From positions 160,001-224,000 of the forward strand of contig OY969706.1 in assembly GCA_963702095.1 (NCBI GenBank): DNA of 64,000 bases, read 5' to 3'. The notes beneath the pieces are model-generated. The model ran no database searches. It was not told the origin of the DNA and saw only the letters and a list, made by a program, of their open reading frames with translations. Source of the stretch: Candidatus Bathyarchaeota archaeon (lineage in GTDB: Archaea > Thermoproteota > Bathyarchaeia > Bathyarchaeales > Bathycorpusculaceae). Of this stretch, positions 50,094-59,416 are shown piece after piece; position 1 is the stretch's first letter, and the number at the start of each line of letters is the position of its first letter. The position numbers and the translations under genes are program-made.

Positions 50094-50849
50094 TTACGCT
50101 TTGTACGGTTTAGCGGTTTTTCGATGCCTAACTATCAAGGCAACAGAGAGACCGAGTAGTAGCAGAGGCACAACCGCTAACCAAGACAACTCTGGAACAG
50201 TTGGAGATGGAGTTGGTGAAGCAGAATTCGCTGGAATAGTTAGTGTTTTCGTGTTACTCCAAGCACTTGCTTGACCGTCAAAAACAAATGGATACATATC
50301 TAATTGATTTGTTGCAGAAGCGTTGTAGCCACGATGTACTGCCCCTATTAACGCTTGAACTTGAAAGTCTATCTGATAATTTGTTGTAAGACCGTTTGGA
50401 TTGAATTCTTCTGAATAGACCATAGTATAATCAGAGTTTGATTGGGTTGGGAAGTCTGTGTCAGGGCTATAAAGTATTTTCCAATTATCTTCAAAATGCC
50501 CCTTCATACGGACGTTATAATATAATGTTGGAATAAAACCAGAATTTCCTTCTGGATTCCATTGTGGCGTAAATGGTTGGTTCTTTACGATAACTTGTAT
50601 GGAGTAATTTTCTATGTAAGAACTTGGGCTTGTTTCGTTTTGCCCTGTATAAGGGTTAATCGTTGAACTTGCAGGTATCTCATAAGATGCGTTTACAAAT
50701 TTGACGCTAAATTCAGGAATAGAAGGAACAGGTACGGAAGGATTTGGGGTTGTTTGAGCATTTGCGGGTTTAACCATTAACATAGTCAGGCATGACAAAA
50801 CGATGATTAGTGTTAGCATTAATGCCAAAGTCTTGCTCTTGCTACCCAT
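50094..50849 (-). CDS. Secreted surface protein with PEF-CTERM-like sorting signal
   Basis: Signal peptide; PSIPEF; P/T/S linker, VPEL, TM, basic tail. Confidence 0.75.
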   Translation of the reverse strand: MGSKSKTLALMLTLIIVLSCLTMLMVKPANAQTTPNPSVPVPSIPEFSVKFVNASYEIPASSTINPYTGQNETSPSSYIENYSIQVIVKNQPFTPQWNPEGNSGFIPTLYYNVRMKGHFEDNWKILYSPDTDFPTQSNSDYTMVYSEEFNPNGLTTNYQIDFQVQALIGAVHRGYNASATNQLDMYPFVFDGQASAWSNTKTLTIPANSASPTPSPTVPELSWLAVVPLLLLGLSVALIVRHRKTAKPYKA

Positions 50850-51083
50850 GACAGTATTAGGTGCATAAAGCCGATATAACGTTAATTGTTTAGGTTTGTG
50901 GACTAAGCCCAGTCAAGGATTCTTGACTACTTACGCTTCCTAAACAACCTAAACCCATCCATTTCAGTTACATACTCAAAACTTGCATCAATCAGGACTG
51001 TTGCTTTCTTGGTCTCTGGACTTCATCGGTACGAGTAAAAAGTTAAATGCTCAAGAAACGATTAGCCAAACAAGGTCGGTTGA

Positions 51084-51749
51084 ATGCCAAGAGAAAAATT
51101 GGAAGAAAAACTTTACTCTCCTACAGTTAAAGCGCTAAAAAAAATGTTTGACAGTTATTATTGCGATAAAAGCCGACTTTATGGTAAACCACTTCCGGGT
51201 ACTGATTACCGACCTCAAACTGGTTTAAGCGAAGCCGAAATAGATAATCCCCACCTTGAGATAACAGCACAAGGTCAGTTTTCCGAACCGTTAAAATTCA
51301 AACAATCCGACCCTTACCTGTTTGAACAACTTTTTGCCGAGGAGTTGCGACCGGATATTCTTGGCTACGTAATAAAAAGCACAGGTAATAAACCAAGCCC
51401 TCCCGAAACCATTGTCGTTGAAATAAAGGCACACGAGTTGACTCTACGAGATTTGATGCAGGCTAAACTGTATGGAACTATCTTTGGCGCTAAGCATACG
51501 TTTTTGCTTTCGCCACAGGGGATGAAAGGCGAAAAAATGGCAGTTATTATGAAGCATGGTGAACTTCTAAGGGGTAACGTGATAATAGGCAAATGTCACG
51601 AAAACGGTGTTGTGCTGTTTGACCCAAGGCTTGTTGACTGCATGCCCTCGGAAGGGTTTAAGCACTTCTGTATAGAATCAAGATACTACTCTAATGCATG
51701 GTTCGCACTTACCCTCGAAGAAGCAATGAACCCCAAACTGAAAAAATAG
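51084..51749 (+). CDS. Putative PD-(D/E)xK nuclease-fold protein (cargo)
   Basis: RPDILG...VVEIK...Q..LY. Confidence 0.55.
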   Translation: MPREKLEEKLYSPTVKALKKMFDSYYCDKSRLYGKPLPGTDYRPQTGLSEAEIDNPHLEITAQGQFSEPLKFKQSDPYLFEQLFAEELRPDILGYVIKSTGNKPSPPETIVVEIKAHELTLRDLMQAKLYGTIFGAKHTFLLSPQGMKGEKMAVIMKHGELLRGNVIIGKCHENGVVLFDPRLVDCMPSEGFKHFCIESRYYSNAWFALTLEEAMNPKLKK

Positions 51750-51819
51750 CGATTATGTGAAGTAGGAGTTATTCTCGCCTCTTCTTGAAGAGTCTCTCGA
51801 CCGTTTTGCACACCACAGG

Positions 51820-51888
51820 GGTAACCACTCTTTTCCACCTATGGTTACTCATAGTATAGGTAACCATTTCCCGCCAACTGTGGTTACT
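51820..51888. repeat. Tandem palindromes GGTAACCA-N14-TGGTTACT x2
   Basis: Half-sites at 51820-27, 51842-49, 51859-66 and 51881-88. Confidence 0.7.
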
Positions 51889-51938
51889 CGTCTTTGAGGA
51901 CTCCAAAGTACATCGAAACCAAACCTCTAACCCTTAGG

Positions 51939-52898
51939 CTACTCAACAGAGATATGAATCCCTTTGAGAGAAGGGGGCAGAACAGAGCTGATTGCGCCAA
52001 AAACCCTTTCACCAAGCTCCTTAAGTTTAGGGCTCCAATAGTGCCGAATGAAGATACTTATTGGTATTCTCCCACAAACCAAGTTCTGTTCTGCTTCCAA
52101 GATTCCATTACTGATTAAGTGAGTTCCGAAGAAATCTCTGAACTCATCCAACCGCATTGGTTTGTTGTTTCTTTGTAGCCTTTTACGAATGGAAGAATAA
52201 GTTAATGGTTCACTTTGGGCTATTTCCTCTATGAAATCTTGGGGTAGGAAGGTGAGGAAGGCATTCTTTGTTCCTCTGATGAACTGCTTTTGGTATTTGA
52301 AGTGCATAAGGCAAGCCCAATCGCTATTGTAATAATCTGACAGTTTACCGCTCTTGGAAAGCTCGATTATTAGGTTAAAAGATTCTATCCCTTCGCTCAC
52401 TCTTAAACCGCTAAAAAGAAGGAACTTGGCAAATAATCTTTCATTGTCTCTGAGTAGCGGTATAATCTCTTTGTAGTACTCTATGATGTTGGATTCACTA
52501 ACATTAAGCATCCTTATGAAGGCATCAAGAGCGTTTGGTCTATACAGCTTAATGCCATGCTCTTTCAGTCTGTCTTTGAACTGACTGTAGCATCCATTGA
52601 ATTTAGCTAACAGAAGTAAAGATTTCACTACACTACTTCTTACATCATTAGACAACAGCTCAAGTTCTGCAAGGTTGCTATCAGCCTCAATCAAATGGTA
52701 ATACTTCTTAGCATAGCATAGTGTTACCTTTCCATAAGAAACAGAATACTTAGCTTTTATCCACTCTTCGAATTTGGAAGTAAGTGGAAGTAAATGCATG
52801 GAAGTAAAAGTGGTCGGATTAAGACTTATTTGGTTAGAAATGGAGCCTTCGGCGGGATTTGGACCCGCGACCATTACCTTACCAAGGTAACGCCCCAC
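51939..52898 (-). CDS. Int(C): catalytic fragment of SSV1-type tyrosine integrase
   Basis: SGLRVSE, K, EFRD, CGR and RHY catalytic pattern; begins inside tRNA-Thr/att. Confidence 0.9.
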   Translation of the reverse strand: MGRYLGKVMVAGPNPAEGSISNQISLNPTTFTSMHLLPLTSKFEEWIKAKYSVSYGKVTLCYAKKYYHLIEADSNLAELELLSNDVRSSVVKSLLLLAKFNGCYSQFKDRLKEHGIKLYRPNALDAFIRMLNVSESNIIEYYKEIIPLLRDNERLFAKFLLFSGLRVSEGIESFNLIIELSKSGKLSDYYNSDWACLMHFKYQKQFIRGTKNAFLTFLPQDFIEEIAQSEPLTYSSIRKRLQRNNKPMRLDEFRDFFGTHLISNGILEAEQNLVCGRIPISIFIRHYWSPKLKELGERVFGAISSVLPPSLKGIHISVE

Positions 52899-52917
52899 CG
52901 GGCTAGGCTACGAAGGC
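52841..52917 (-). tRNA. tRNA-Thr(GGT), CCA encoded
   Basis: GCCTTCG/CGAAGGC acceptor stem, TTACC-TTGGTAA-GGTAA anticodon arm, GCGGG-TCCAAAT-CCCGC T arm. Confidence 0.95.
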
Positions 52918-53072
52918 AAATTTCTGTTCTTCCCCCAAAACAAATACGATAGTAAATAAAGAGGTTACGGTGCGGGAGTCAACCTTCGACGGCAAAACCG
53001 TCTTAAAGCACGGAGTTTTGGGGCAAATAAATATTTAGGGAGGAAGAACTATCCTCATACGCGCATCTCTGT

Positions 53073-53160
53073 GCAGGGGTCTCCAAGCCAGGTCAACGGA
53101 GTAGGGCTTAGGACCCTATCGCGTAGGCGTTCGTGGGTTCGAATCCCACCCCCTGCACCA
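53073..53160 (+). tRNA. tRNA-Leu(TAG), CCA encoded
   Basis: GCAGGGG/CCCCTGC acceptor stem, TAGGG-CTTAGGA-CCCTA anticodon arm, long variable arm, TTCGAAT T-loop. Confidence 0.96.
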
Positions 53161-53217
53161 TATATAAATAAACTACAGGGGGTTTGTTCTGGCGATGTTA
53201 GGTGGTTTTTTGTCATG

Positions 53218-54507
53218 TTAAAGCTTCCTTTTTCTAAAGATTTTCGCGTCTTGAAAATCGGTGACATATTCAAATCCTGCCTCTATTAGGCTGCAGACGT
53301 CTTTTTCGGTTTTAGCGACTTTTGAGATGTAGTCGGTTTCGCCTTGGAAGAGGGCTTCTTCGAGTTGGATGTAGAGCAGCGTGTTTTTGATGTTTTTATG
53401 TCCGAGGCGTTGCATTACGTAGTAGATGTCTTTGGTTTGATGGTAGAGTATGGTGCCTTTCCAGTGTCGGAAGGTGTGGAAGTGGATTTTCATCAGTCTT
53501 GGGTTGCTGAGCTTATGGGCTAATCGTTTTCTTTGTATGCAGAATAGTGTTCCGAAGTGGTCAACTGGCATGGGTGCATGTGAAAAGATTCTTTCGCCGT
53601 AGATTTTAGGTATCTGCGTAAGCATTTCCAACAGTTTGTTGCTGAGGTGTGCGACTCTTGGGTTGCTGTTTTTTTCGGCTGTGATGTTTACGACTTTGCT
53701 TTCGAAGTCTACGTCGTCCCATTTGAGTTGCCAGATTTCGCCGCATCTTGCGCCTGTTTCTTTAAGCATCTGCAGGAAGGTTGCCACGCGTTGGGTGCAT
53801 CCTGCGATGAGCTGGTCAATTTCTGTTTCTTTGGGAATGAAGGGCAGTTTTCGTATGCATTGGTATAGTGGGGCGTCCCATTTGCCGCCTACCATCTTTA
53901 GGAATGATGAGTAGGCGTCGACTGCGTTGTTTTTTCTTCCGTTACTCCAAGTTTGTTTAGCTATGACTGCTTTGATTGTTTCGGGGTCGTAGAGGTCTGC
54001 GCCTCGCTTAGTCATCACCAAGAGCAGTTTTGAGCGTCCGAGAATCGTTTGTTCGCTGTAGCCGCCTTTTTTCAGCCACCAGATGTATTCAACGATTTTT
54101 CCTTTTACGTCAATTTCGTTTCTCCGCAGAACTTCATTTGTTTGAGGTTCTGCCGCCAAGTTTTTCGTCTCCATGACGCATATTTGGCTACCCTCTAGTA
54201 TGCCCTCGAAGGTTTTTAATGACTTCGTATCAACAGTTGAAATATTTTCAATGGCTTTTTTTGCCTGCTCTAGGTCGTTTGGGTCTGAGAATCGCATGCC
54301 ACAGTCTCGGCAGATCCAGCGTTGAATCTTCTGGCCATAAAAAATTCGGCTGCCGTCGCGCCATACTTTTGGGGAGTCGCACTGTGGGCATTGGAGGCTG
54401 ACGTCGGCGGAGCCGTCTGCAGACTCCGACTTGCCTGAGTTTGAACCGACTTTAGTGCCAAATACGCAATCCGGTGGAAGTGTTGCGTTTGGTGTAAGTT
54501 CAGCCAT
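53218..54507 (-). CDS. Tyrosine recombinase/integrase with N-terminal zinc ribbon
   Basis: CPQC...CRDC; TGARCGE, K, HTFRH, LGH...T..Y. Confidence 0.93.
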   Translation of the reverse strand: MAELTPNATLPPDCVFGTKVGSNSGKSESADGSADVSLQCPQCDSPKVWRDGSRIFYGQKIQRWICRDCGMRFSDPNDLEQAKKAIENISTVDTKSLKTFEGILEGSQICVMETKNLAAEPQTNEVLRRNEIDVKGKIVEYIWWLKKGGYSEQTILGRSKLLLVMTKRGADLYDPETIKAVIAKQTWSNGRKNNAVDAYSSFLKMVGGKWDAPLYQCIRKLPFIPKETEIDQLIAGCTQRVATFLQMLKETGARCGEIWQLKWDDVDFESKVVNITAEKNSNPRVAHLSNKLLEMLTQIPKIYGERIFSHAPMPVDHFGTLFCIQRKRLAHKLSNPRLMKIHFHTFRHWKGTILYHQTKDIYYVMQRLGHKNIKNTLLYIQLEEALFQGETDYISKVAKTEKDVCSLIEAGFEYVTDFQDAKIFRKRKL

Positions 54508-54522
54508 ACCCCCATCTCAGCC

Positions 54523-54891
54523 TCAAACGGAAGGTTTGTTCTGCTCTAAATCTGTGATGCACAGCAAATCACACAAACTCTTGAACGCCTGCAAAGCTTC
54601 CGCCTGCTTCTTTTGGTCAAAAATAGCCAAAATCCTGTTTCTGAGCAGTTCAAGCTCAGCCTTCAAGTCCAATTCCTCAATTAACTGCAACCTTTGCTCG
54701 TGGTCGTTTAGCACAGTGTTGATTTTGTTTAGGATGGCGCCGATGTCAGCGATGATTTCCTGAACGGTTACTTTTTTGGCTTTCAACAGTTTCACCTTAA
54801 GCCTACATGGAAAGCTGAGGCTAAGAAAATTCTGCCGCCGCGAAGGAAACTCCCTCAAGCGCTCGCCAAGGAGTTTCCTTGGTGGGCTCAC
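54523..54891 (-). CDS. Hypothetical coiled-coil protein (true start probably downstream)
   Basis: Helical C-terminal ~90 aa; directly upstream of the integrase RBS. Confidence 0.5.
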   Translation of the reverse strand: MSPPRKLLGERLREFPSRRQNFLSLSFPCRLKVKLLKAKKVTVQEIIADIGAILNKINTVLNDHEQRLQLIEELDLKAELELLRNRILAIFDQKKQAEALQAFKSLCDLLCITDLEQNKPSV

Positions 54892-54977
54892 GAAGGAAAC
54901 TAATCAAAAATATCAATTATGCGCTCTTGAGAGATATCTTTTGGCATAAAAAAGCGAAATTTTGATGAAGCTACTCT

Positions 54978-55583
54978 TTATTTGTTTGGCGAGCAGGCCT
55001 GAATTAGATCAGATAGAATAATTATAGCGTCTTTATCCGTTATTTGGTTTAGCACTTCTTCAGGGCTTTTTTTGCTCATAAAAGTAGCGAGCAGAGCCTT
55101 GGGGAGCAACTCATAAAGGGCTGCTTTTACCGCTGGTTGAGCGGTTTGTATTGGCGAAACATAGCCCTCTTTTTCTAAGCAGTGAATTCTTTTATTTATA
55201 CTTGCATAATATGTGCCATGAAGGCCTTTTTGCTTGCTTAGCTGCTTTTGCAGTTCAAGTATAGTTTTTGGTCCTTCCATAGCAAGTATAGTAAATATTG
55301 CGCGGTTTAGATTTGCTTCTCTGCCCTTGAAGACAGAAAGCTTAGAGCCGCTATCGTTGGCCTCTACTTTTTTGCGTCGACTATTCTTATCTGGGCAAAA
55401 ATGGCTCGAAGAATGGATTGCAGCTATGAAAAACAATTGTGAAAAGCAGGTCGAGGGAGCATGTCCGAATATTAATTCAGAAATGCCTCCTTGGTGGTCA
55501 GCGTCCCCAGTAAAAAATGGATAAAATATCGAACAGGTAACCACTAGAGCTACCGCTAAGGCAATAATGTCCCTGCTTCGCAT
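54978..55583 (-). CDS. Winged-helix DNA-binding protein (start uncertain)
   Basis: AIF.ILA.EGP.TI.EL....Y.SINKRI..LEKEGYV. Confidence 0.6.
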   Translation of the reverse strand: MRSRDIIALAVALVVTCSIFYPFFTGDADHQGGISELIFGHAPSTCFSQLFFIAAIHSSSHFCPDKNSRRKKVEANDSGSKLSVFKGREANLNRAIFTILAMEGPKTILELQKQLSKQKGLHGTYYASINKRIHCLEKEGYVSPIQTAQPAVKAALYELLPKALLATFMSKKSPEEVLNQITDKDAIIILSDLIQACSPNK

Positions 55584-55748
55584 AAAACTTGAGCAAACGA
55601 TTGCTAAATAAAAGATTACTGGAAAAAGCGACTAACGAAAGTCAAGTTCAACAAAAATACAGAAGGCTTGTTAGAAAAATAAAAAAATGAGGAATTGTTG
55701 TCCTGCACTAGCATTGTAACCAGTTTATCTGTTGTCATTTTAGTCCTC

Positions 55749-56510
55749 TCAACTGACCACTTTCCTGAATAGGTACAAAGTAGCGCCGAAAGTCACAATC
55801 GCAATCACTCCGATTACAGCGTAAGCAGAAGCAAATGTACTCCAAGTCAACCCGCCCTCGATTAAGCCCCTTGCTACGTTTGCGACATAACTCAATGGGT
55901 TGTAGTCAGCAACGGTTTGCGCCCAAAGAGGCATGATTGATGTGGGAAAGAGACCGCTGCTAATAAACAGAAGTGGTAAGGCTATAATATTGGCCAATGC
56001 TGACAGAGTTTCTGCGTTCTTTGTCTTCAAGCCCAAGGCAAGTGAAAGCCCAAACCAAGCAAGTCCAAAGAAGGCAAAAGTCACGAAAATGAGTAAGAGT
56101 CCACCGACCCCGGTTGCGATTCTAAGACCCAGCAGCATTGCCACTCCAAGTATTATGGCTGACTGTGCCATGAGCACGAGTATGTCACTCATCAAACGAC
56201 CAAGCAAAATTGCCGATCTGCTAACAGGAGTTAAAAGCACTTTCTGAAGAAACCCCGAGTTAAGATCACTCACAATCGACTGGCCCGTTGGCAAACCAAT
56301 TACTAAATTCAACACCAATATCCCAGGCGTAAGATAAGCAAGGTAACTCCCAGTCGGTCCTAGAAAAACGCCGAGTACTTGAAGTAACTGCGAAAAAAGT
56401 AGCAGAAACAGCAATGGCGTGAAGAGGTGGACAAACAGTAGAGTAGGGTTTCTCCGTAGTTTTATTAAAGCTCTTTGGAACAAAGATTGAATGTCATAAA
56501 ATAGGGTCAT
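55749..56510 (-). CDS. ABC-2 (DrrB-like) permease
   Basis: Y..YL.PG, D..SGFL..VL.TPVSR..ILLG, P.W......NPLSY. Confidence 0.9.
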   Translation of the reverse strand: MTLFYDIQSLFQRALIKLRRNPTLLFVHLFTPLLFLLLFSQLLQVLGVFLGPTGSYLAYLTPGILVLNLVIGLPTGQSIVSDLNSGFLQKVLLTPVSRSAILLGRLMSDILVLMAQSAIILGVAMLLGLRIATGVGGLLLIFVTFAFFGLAWFGLSLALGLKTKNAETLSALANIIALPLLFISSGLFPTSIMPLWAQTVADYNPLSYVANVARGLIEGGLTWSTFASAYAVIGVIAIVTFGATLYLFRKVVS

Positions 56511-56523
56511 TTCTACGTTTACC

Positions 56524-57525
56524 TCACATTAAGATTTGTTCGTTGGGTTTTCTGCCGAGTTCTTCGGGTCTTATTCTTCTGCCTGTATGGTGCAGGAAAA
56601 CATCGTCAAGTGTTGGAGAGGACATATTCAAAGAAGTCGGGCGAATGTTGTTGCGATCCAATGACGTAACTACCTCAGCTATTATTTCGTCTGCATTCTT
56701 AGCATGAGCAGCAATACCGCCGTCTGAATCAGTAACATCCACTACCCCCGGAATTTCTTGCAAAATCCTTTTCGTTTCAGATCTCAACAAGGAATCTTTT
56801 GGATCCTTAAGTGAAAGAGTTATGGTGTCATGTCCGATTGCTTGTTTGAGTTCTGCGGGCGAACCACCAGCAACAATCTTCCCATGGTCAATTATTGAGA
56901 GTCGCCGGCAGAGTTTGTCTGCCTCCTCCAAGTACTGAGTCGTCAAAAATATTGTAATGCCTTCTTCCCGGTTTAGCTCATCCAGGTAGTCCCAAATTGA
57001 CGCACGAGCTTGGGGATCAAGCCCAGTCGTCGGCTCATCGAGAAAAAGTAATTTAGGCTTATGAATTAGGGCAGAGGCGAGGTCAAGCCGTTTTTTCATG
57101 CCGCCTGAATATCGGCCAGCAGGTTTGTTTGCGAATTCTTCAAGCTGCACAGTTTTTAGTAACTCGTCGACTCGTTTCTCTAAGGCGCTACCATGCATTT
57201 GTTGGAGACGACCTTGGAGATGGAGATTTTCTTTGCCTGTTAGGTCAGCGTCTATTATGGTTTCTTGTGTGAGGACTCCGATGACTTTTCGGATTTCCTT
57301 TGGTGATTTTTCTAAATCGTAACCAGCTACTTGCACGTGCCCTGACGTCTTTTTGAGGAGCGTGGTGAGGATTTTAATTGTGGTGCTTTTTCCTGCGCCG
57401 TTTGGTCCCAGAAACCCGAAAAACTCGCCCTCTTTCACATTAAAAGAGATTCCCTCAAGTGCTCTTGTGCTGTCGGCGTAGACCTCTACTAGGTTTTCGA
57501 CCGAAATAATATTTGATGGGTCCAT
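56524..57525 (-). CDS. ABC exporter ATP-binding subunit (DrrA-like)
   Basis: GPNGAGKST, YSGGMKKRLD, LDEPTTGLDP, TTQY, PTLDDVF. Confidence 0.95.
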   Translation of the reverse strand: MDPSNIISVENLVEVYADSTRALEGISFNVKEGEFFGFLGPNGAGKSTTIKILTTLLKKTSGHVQVAGYDLEKSPKEIRKVIGVLTQETIIDADLTGKENLHLQGRLQQMHGSALEKRVDELLKTVQLEEFANKPAGRYSGGMKKRLDLASALIHKPKLLFLDEPTTGLDPQARASIWDYLDELNREEGITIFLTTQYLEEADKLCRRLSIIDHGKIVAGGSPAELKQAIGHDTITLSLKDPKDSLLRSETKRILQEIPGVVDVTDSDGGIAAHAKNADEIIAEVVTSLDRNNIRPTSLNMSSPTLDDVFLHHTGRRIRPEELGRKPNEQILM

Positions 57526-57568
57526 TATTGTTCACTTCATGTAATTTTCTGATACATAGTCGCGGTTT

Positions 57569-57598
57569 CGGATTAAGTTTGTAGCGAATATACTCGCT
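57569..57598 (-). promoter_or_regulatory. Conserved promoter/operator, copy 1
   Basis: CGGATTAAGTTTGTAGCGAATATACTCGCT, containing palindrome AGCGA-N6-TCGCT. Confidence 0.7.
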
Positions 57599-57809
57599 TT
57601 TTCATAAAATATAGGGTAACGCGCCAATCTCTATCTATGCCAGACTAGTTTTAGAGTTGTCGATAAAAAACCAAATTAAAAAAACTAAAAGACGCTGAAT
57701 AAAATATTACTTGAAAAAGTTTCTAAAGCAAATTTTGTTCGATAAAAAAGCATGTTGCGAAAAAGAAAAGAAAATATTGGAAATTTAAAGAGCGGAACGG
57801 GCTTCCATT

Positions 57810-59309
57810 CTAAGGTACAGTCTTCTTTTCAAGGGTTCTCGACACATCCTGTTTCGGTTTCTTGAAAACATCGTTCTTGATTGCCAGACTCAACGCGATG
57901 ATTAAAACGGCTAATACGATGCCTATTCCGAAGATAACGTTGAACGCTGTTGCTGAGGGCAGAGTTGCGACAATAACGCTTTTTCCACCTACGACTTTCG
58001 TTACTGCGACGGTGAATGAAGCCAAGATTGACGTTGTAAGAACTGGCCCGACTGCAGACCCAATATTCTTGAGAGTTTGGTTGAATCCTTGACCAACAGA
58101 GATGCTTTCTTTGGGCAGAGATAGGGATATCATGTTGGAGATAGGTACCAGCAGAGTGACAAGTCCTATAAAACCGAAAATTATGTTTACTGTGACGTCT
58201 ATGGCGGTTCCTCGGTTGACTATGAACAGCAAAAAGCTTACGATTTCGACGCCTGCACCCGCAGCGAGTGTTGGCTTGGGTCCAAATCTAGTCACCAACT
58301 TTCCAACAAGCGGCCCCATTATAAGCATGGCTATTGTGCCTGGCGCTATTGTTAGTCCAGTGTGGATGACATCAAGACCCAGTCCATAAGGTGCAGGCAC
58401 TTCAAGGTACTCTATGGCGACAAAGAAGAGTAGAAAGTTCGTGATGCCTGATATGAGAATAACTAAATTAGCGATAAGAACATTTCTTATTTTTAGAAGA
58501 TCAAGCCGAATTAACGGTTCAGGCACTACAGTTTCTGCGTAGAAGAATAAAATTATCAATGAAAGCCCAGGAATTAGGAATGCTAATGCTTCAAGTGAAA
58601 ACCAGCCTAGCGCTGGTCCTTCCGTTGTGTATATCAACACAAGTGCTATTCCTAGTGAAAGCAGTAGGGCACCGACGTAGTCTATTTTGCACTTTCTATA
58701 GGAGACGTCTCGTTTTATGACCGCTATGACAGCGACAAAAACTATCACGCTTAATATCGCCGCAATGTGGAAAGCAGCACGCCAACCTAAGTCTTGAATA
58801 ACGTATGATCCAAGCACTAAGCCCAGCGAAGTGCTGATGGCTGCTGAGCCCACAATGACGCCCATTGCACTAGCTAATCGTTCTTTGGGAAATATATCTG
58901 TCAAAAACGCTAGTGACAGTGGAATCATGGCTAAGCCTACACCTTGGATGGCTCGGGCAAATATTAGGAAGTAAATACTGGTTGAGAAACCCGCGATGCC
59001 GACGCCCACGGTGTAGAACCCTAGAGCTACAAGCATCATTTTTTTCTTTCCATAGAGATCACCTAGTTTGCCGAAAATTGATGAAACCACGGCGCCAACT
59101 AGGAGAACTATGGCTGTGATCCAAGACCCAATGGTTGTTGTTGTAGACAATTCATTCACAATTGTCGGGATGCCTGGAAGAACCATGGTTTCCACATAAC
59201 TGATAAGTAGAAGAGATGCAGTTAAGATTACAAGTGCCCGAATGGGGTATTTGTCGGCTTTTGTCCTACCTGTTGGTAACGAATTATCTTTTGGGTTTAA
59301 GGCTGTCAT
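57810..59309 (-). CDS. MFS transporter (14-TM, DHA2-like)
   Basis: GKLGDLYGKK, ARAIQG.G, GWR..F, DY.G. Confidence 0.93.
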   Translation of the reverse strand: MTALNPKDNSLPTGRTKADKYPIRALVILTASLLLISYVETMVLPGIPTIVNELSTTTTIGSWITAIVLLVGAVVSSIFGKLGDLYGKKKMMLVALGFYTVGVGIAGFSTSIYFLIFARAIQGVGLAMIPLSLAFLTDIFPKERLASAMGVIVGSAAISTSLGLVLGSYVIQDLGWRAAFHIAAILSVIVFVAVIAVIKRDVSYRKCKIDYVGALLLSLGIALVLIYTTEGPALGWFSLEALAFLIPGLSLIILFFYAETVVPEPLIRLDLLKIRNVLIANLVILISGITNFLLFFVAIEYLEVPAPYGLGLDVIHTGLTIAPGTIAMLIMGPLVGKLVTRFGPKPTLAAGAGVEIVSFLLFIVNRGTAIDVTVNIIFGFIGLVTLLVPISNMISLSLPKESISVGQGFNQTLKNIGSAVGPVLTTSILASFTVAVTKVVGGKSVIVATLPSATAFNVIFGIGIVLAVLIIALSLAIKNDVFKKPKQDVSRTLEKKTVP

Positions 59310-59348
59310 GTTTTTTCGCTTCTTTTTTCTCTATCATGCCAAGACATG

Positions 59349-59378
59349 CGGATTAAGCTTGTAGCGAGCATATTCGTT
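59349..59378 (-). promoter_or_regulatory. Conserved promoter/operator, copy 2
   Basis: CGGATTAAGCTTGTAGCGAGCATATTCGTT, 25/30 identical to copy 1. Confidence 0.7.
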
Positions 59379-59416
59379 GCAACATTTATTTATTGAATAG
59401 CTGTAATGTAAATCAC

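Larger units (their letters stand above)
46127..52888. mobile_element. Integrated plasmid/virus-like element in tRNA-Thr(GGT), 6714 bp as a circle
   Basis: Perfect 48-bp direct repeat 46127-46174 = 52841-52888 (tRNA 3' part); split integrase; Rep-like gene; RHH regulators. Confidence 0.92.

Noticed and set aside
53055-53289. ORFs 53055-53273, 53071-53289 and 21393-21599
   Set aside because: Shadow translations of tRNA-Leu and tRNA-Ala
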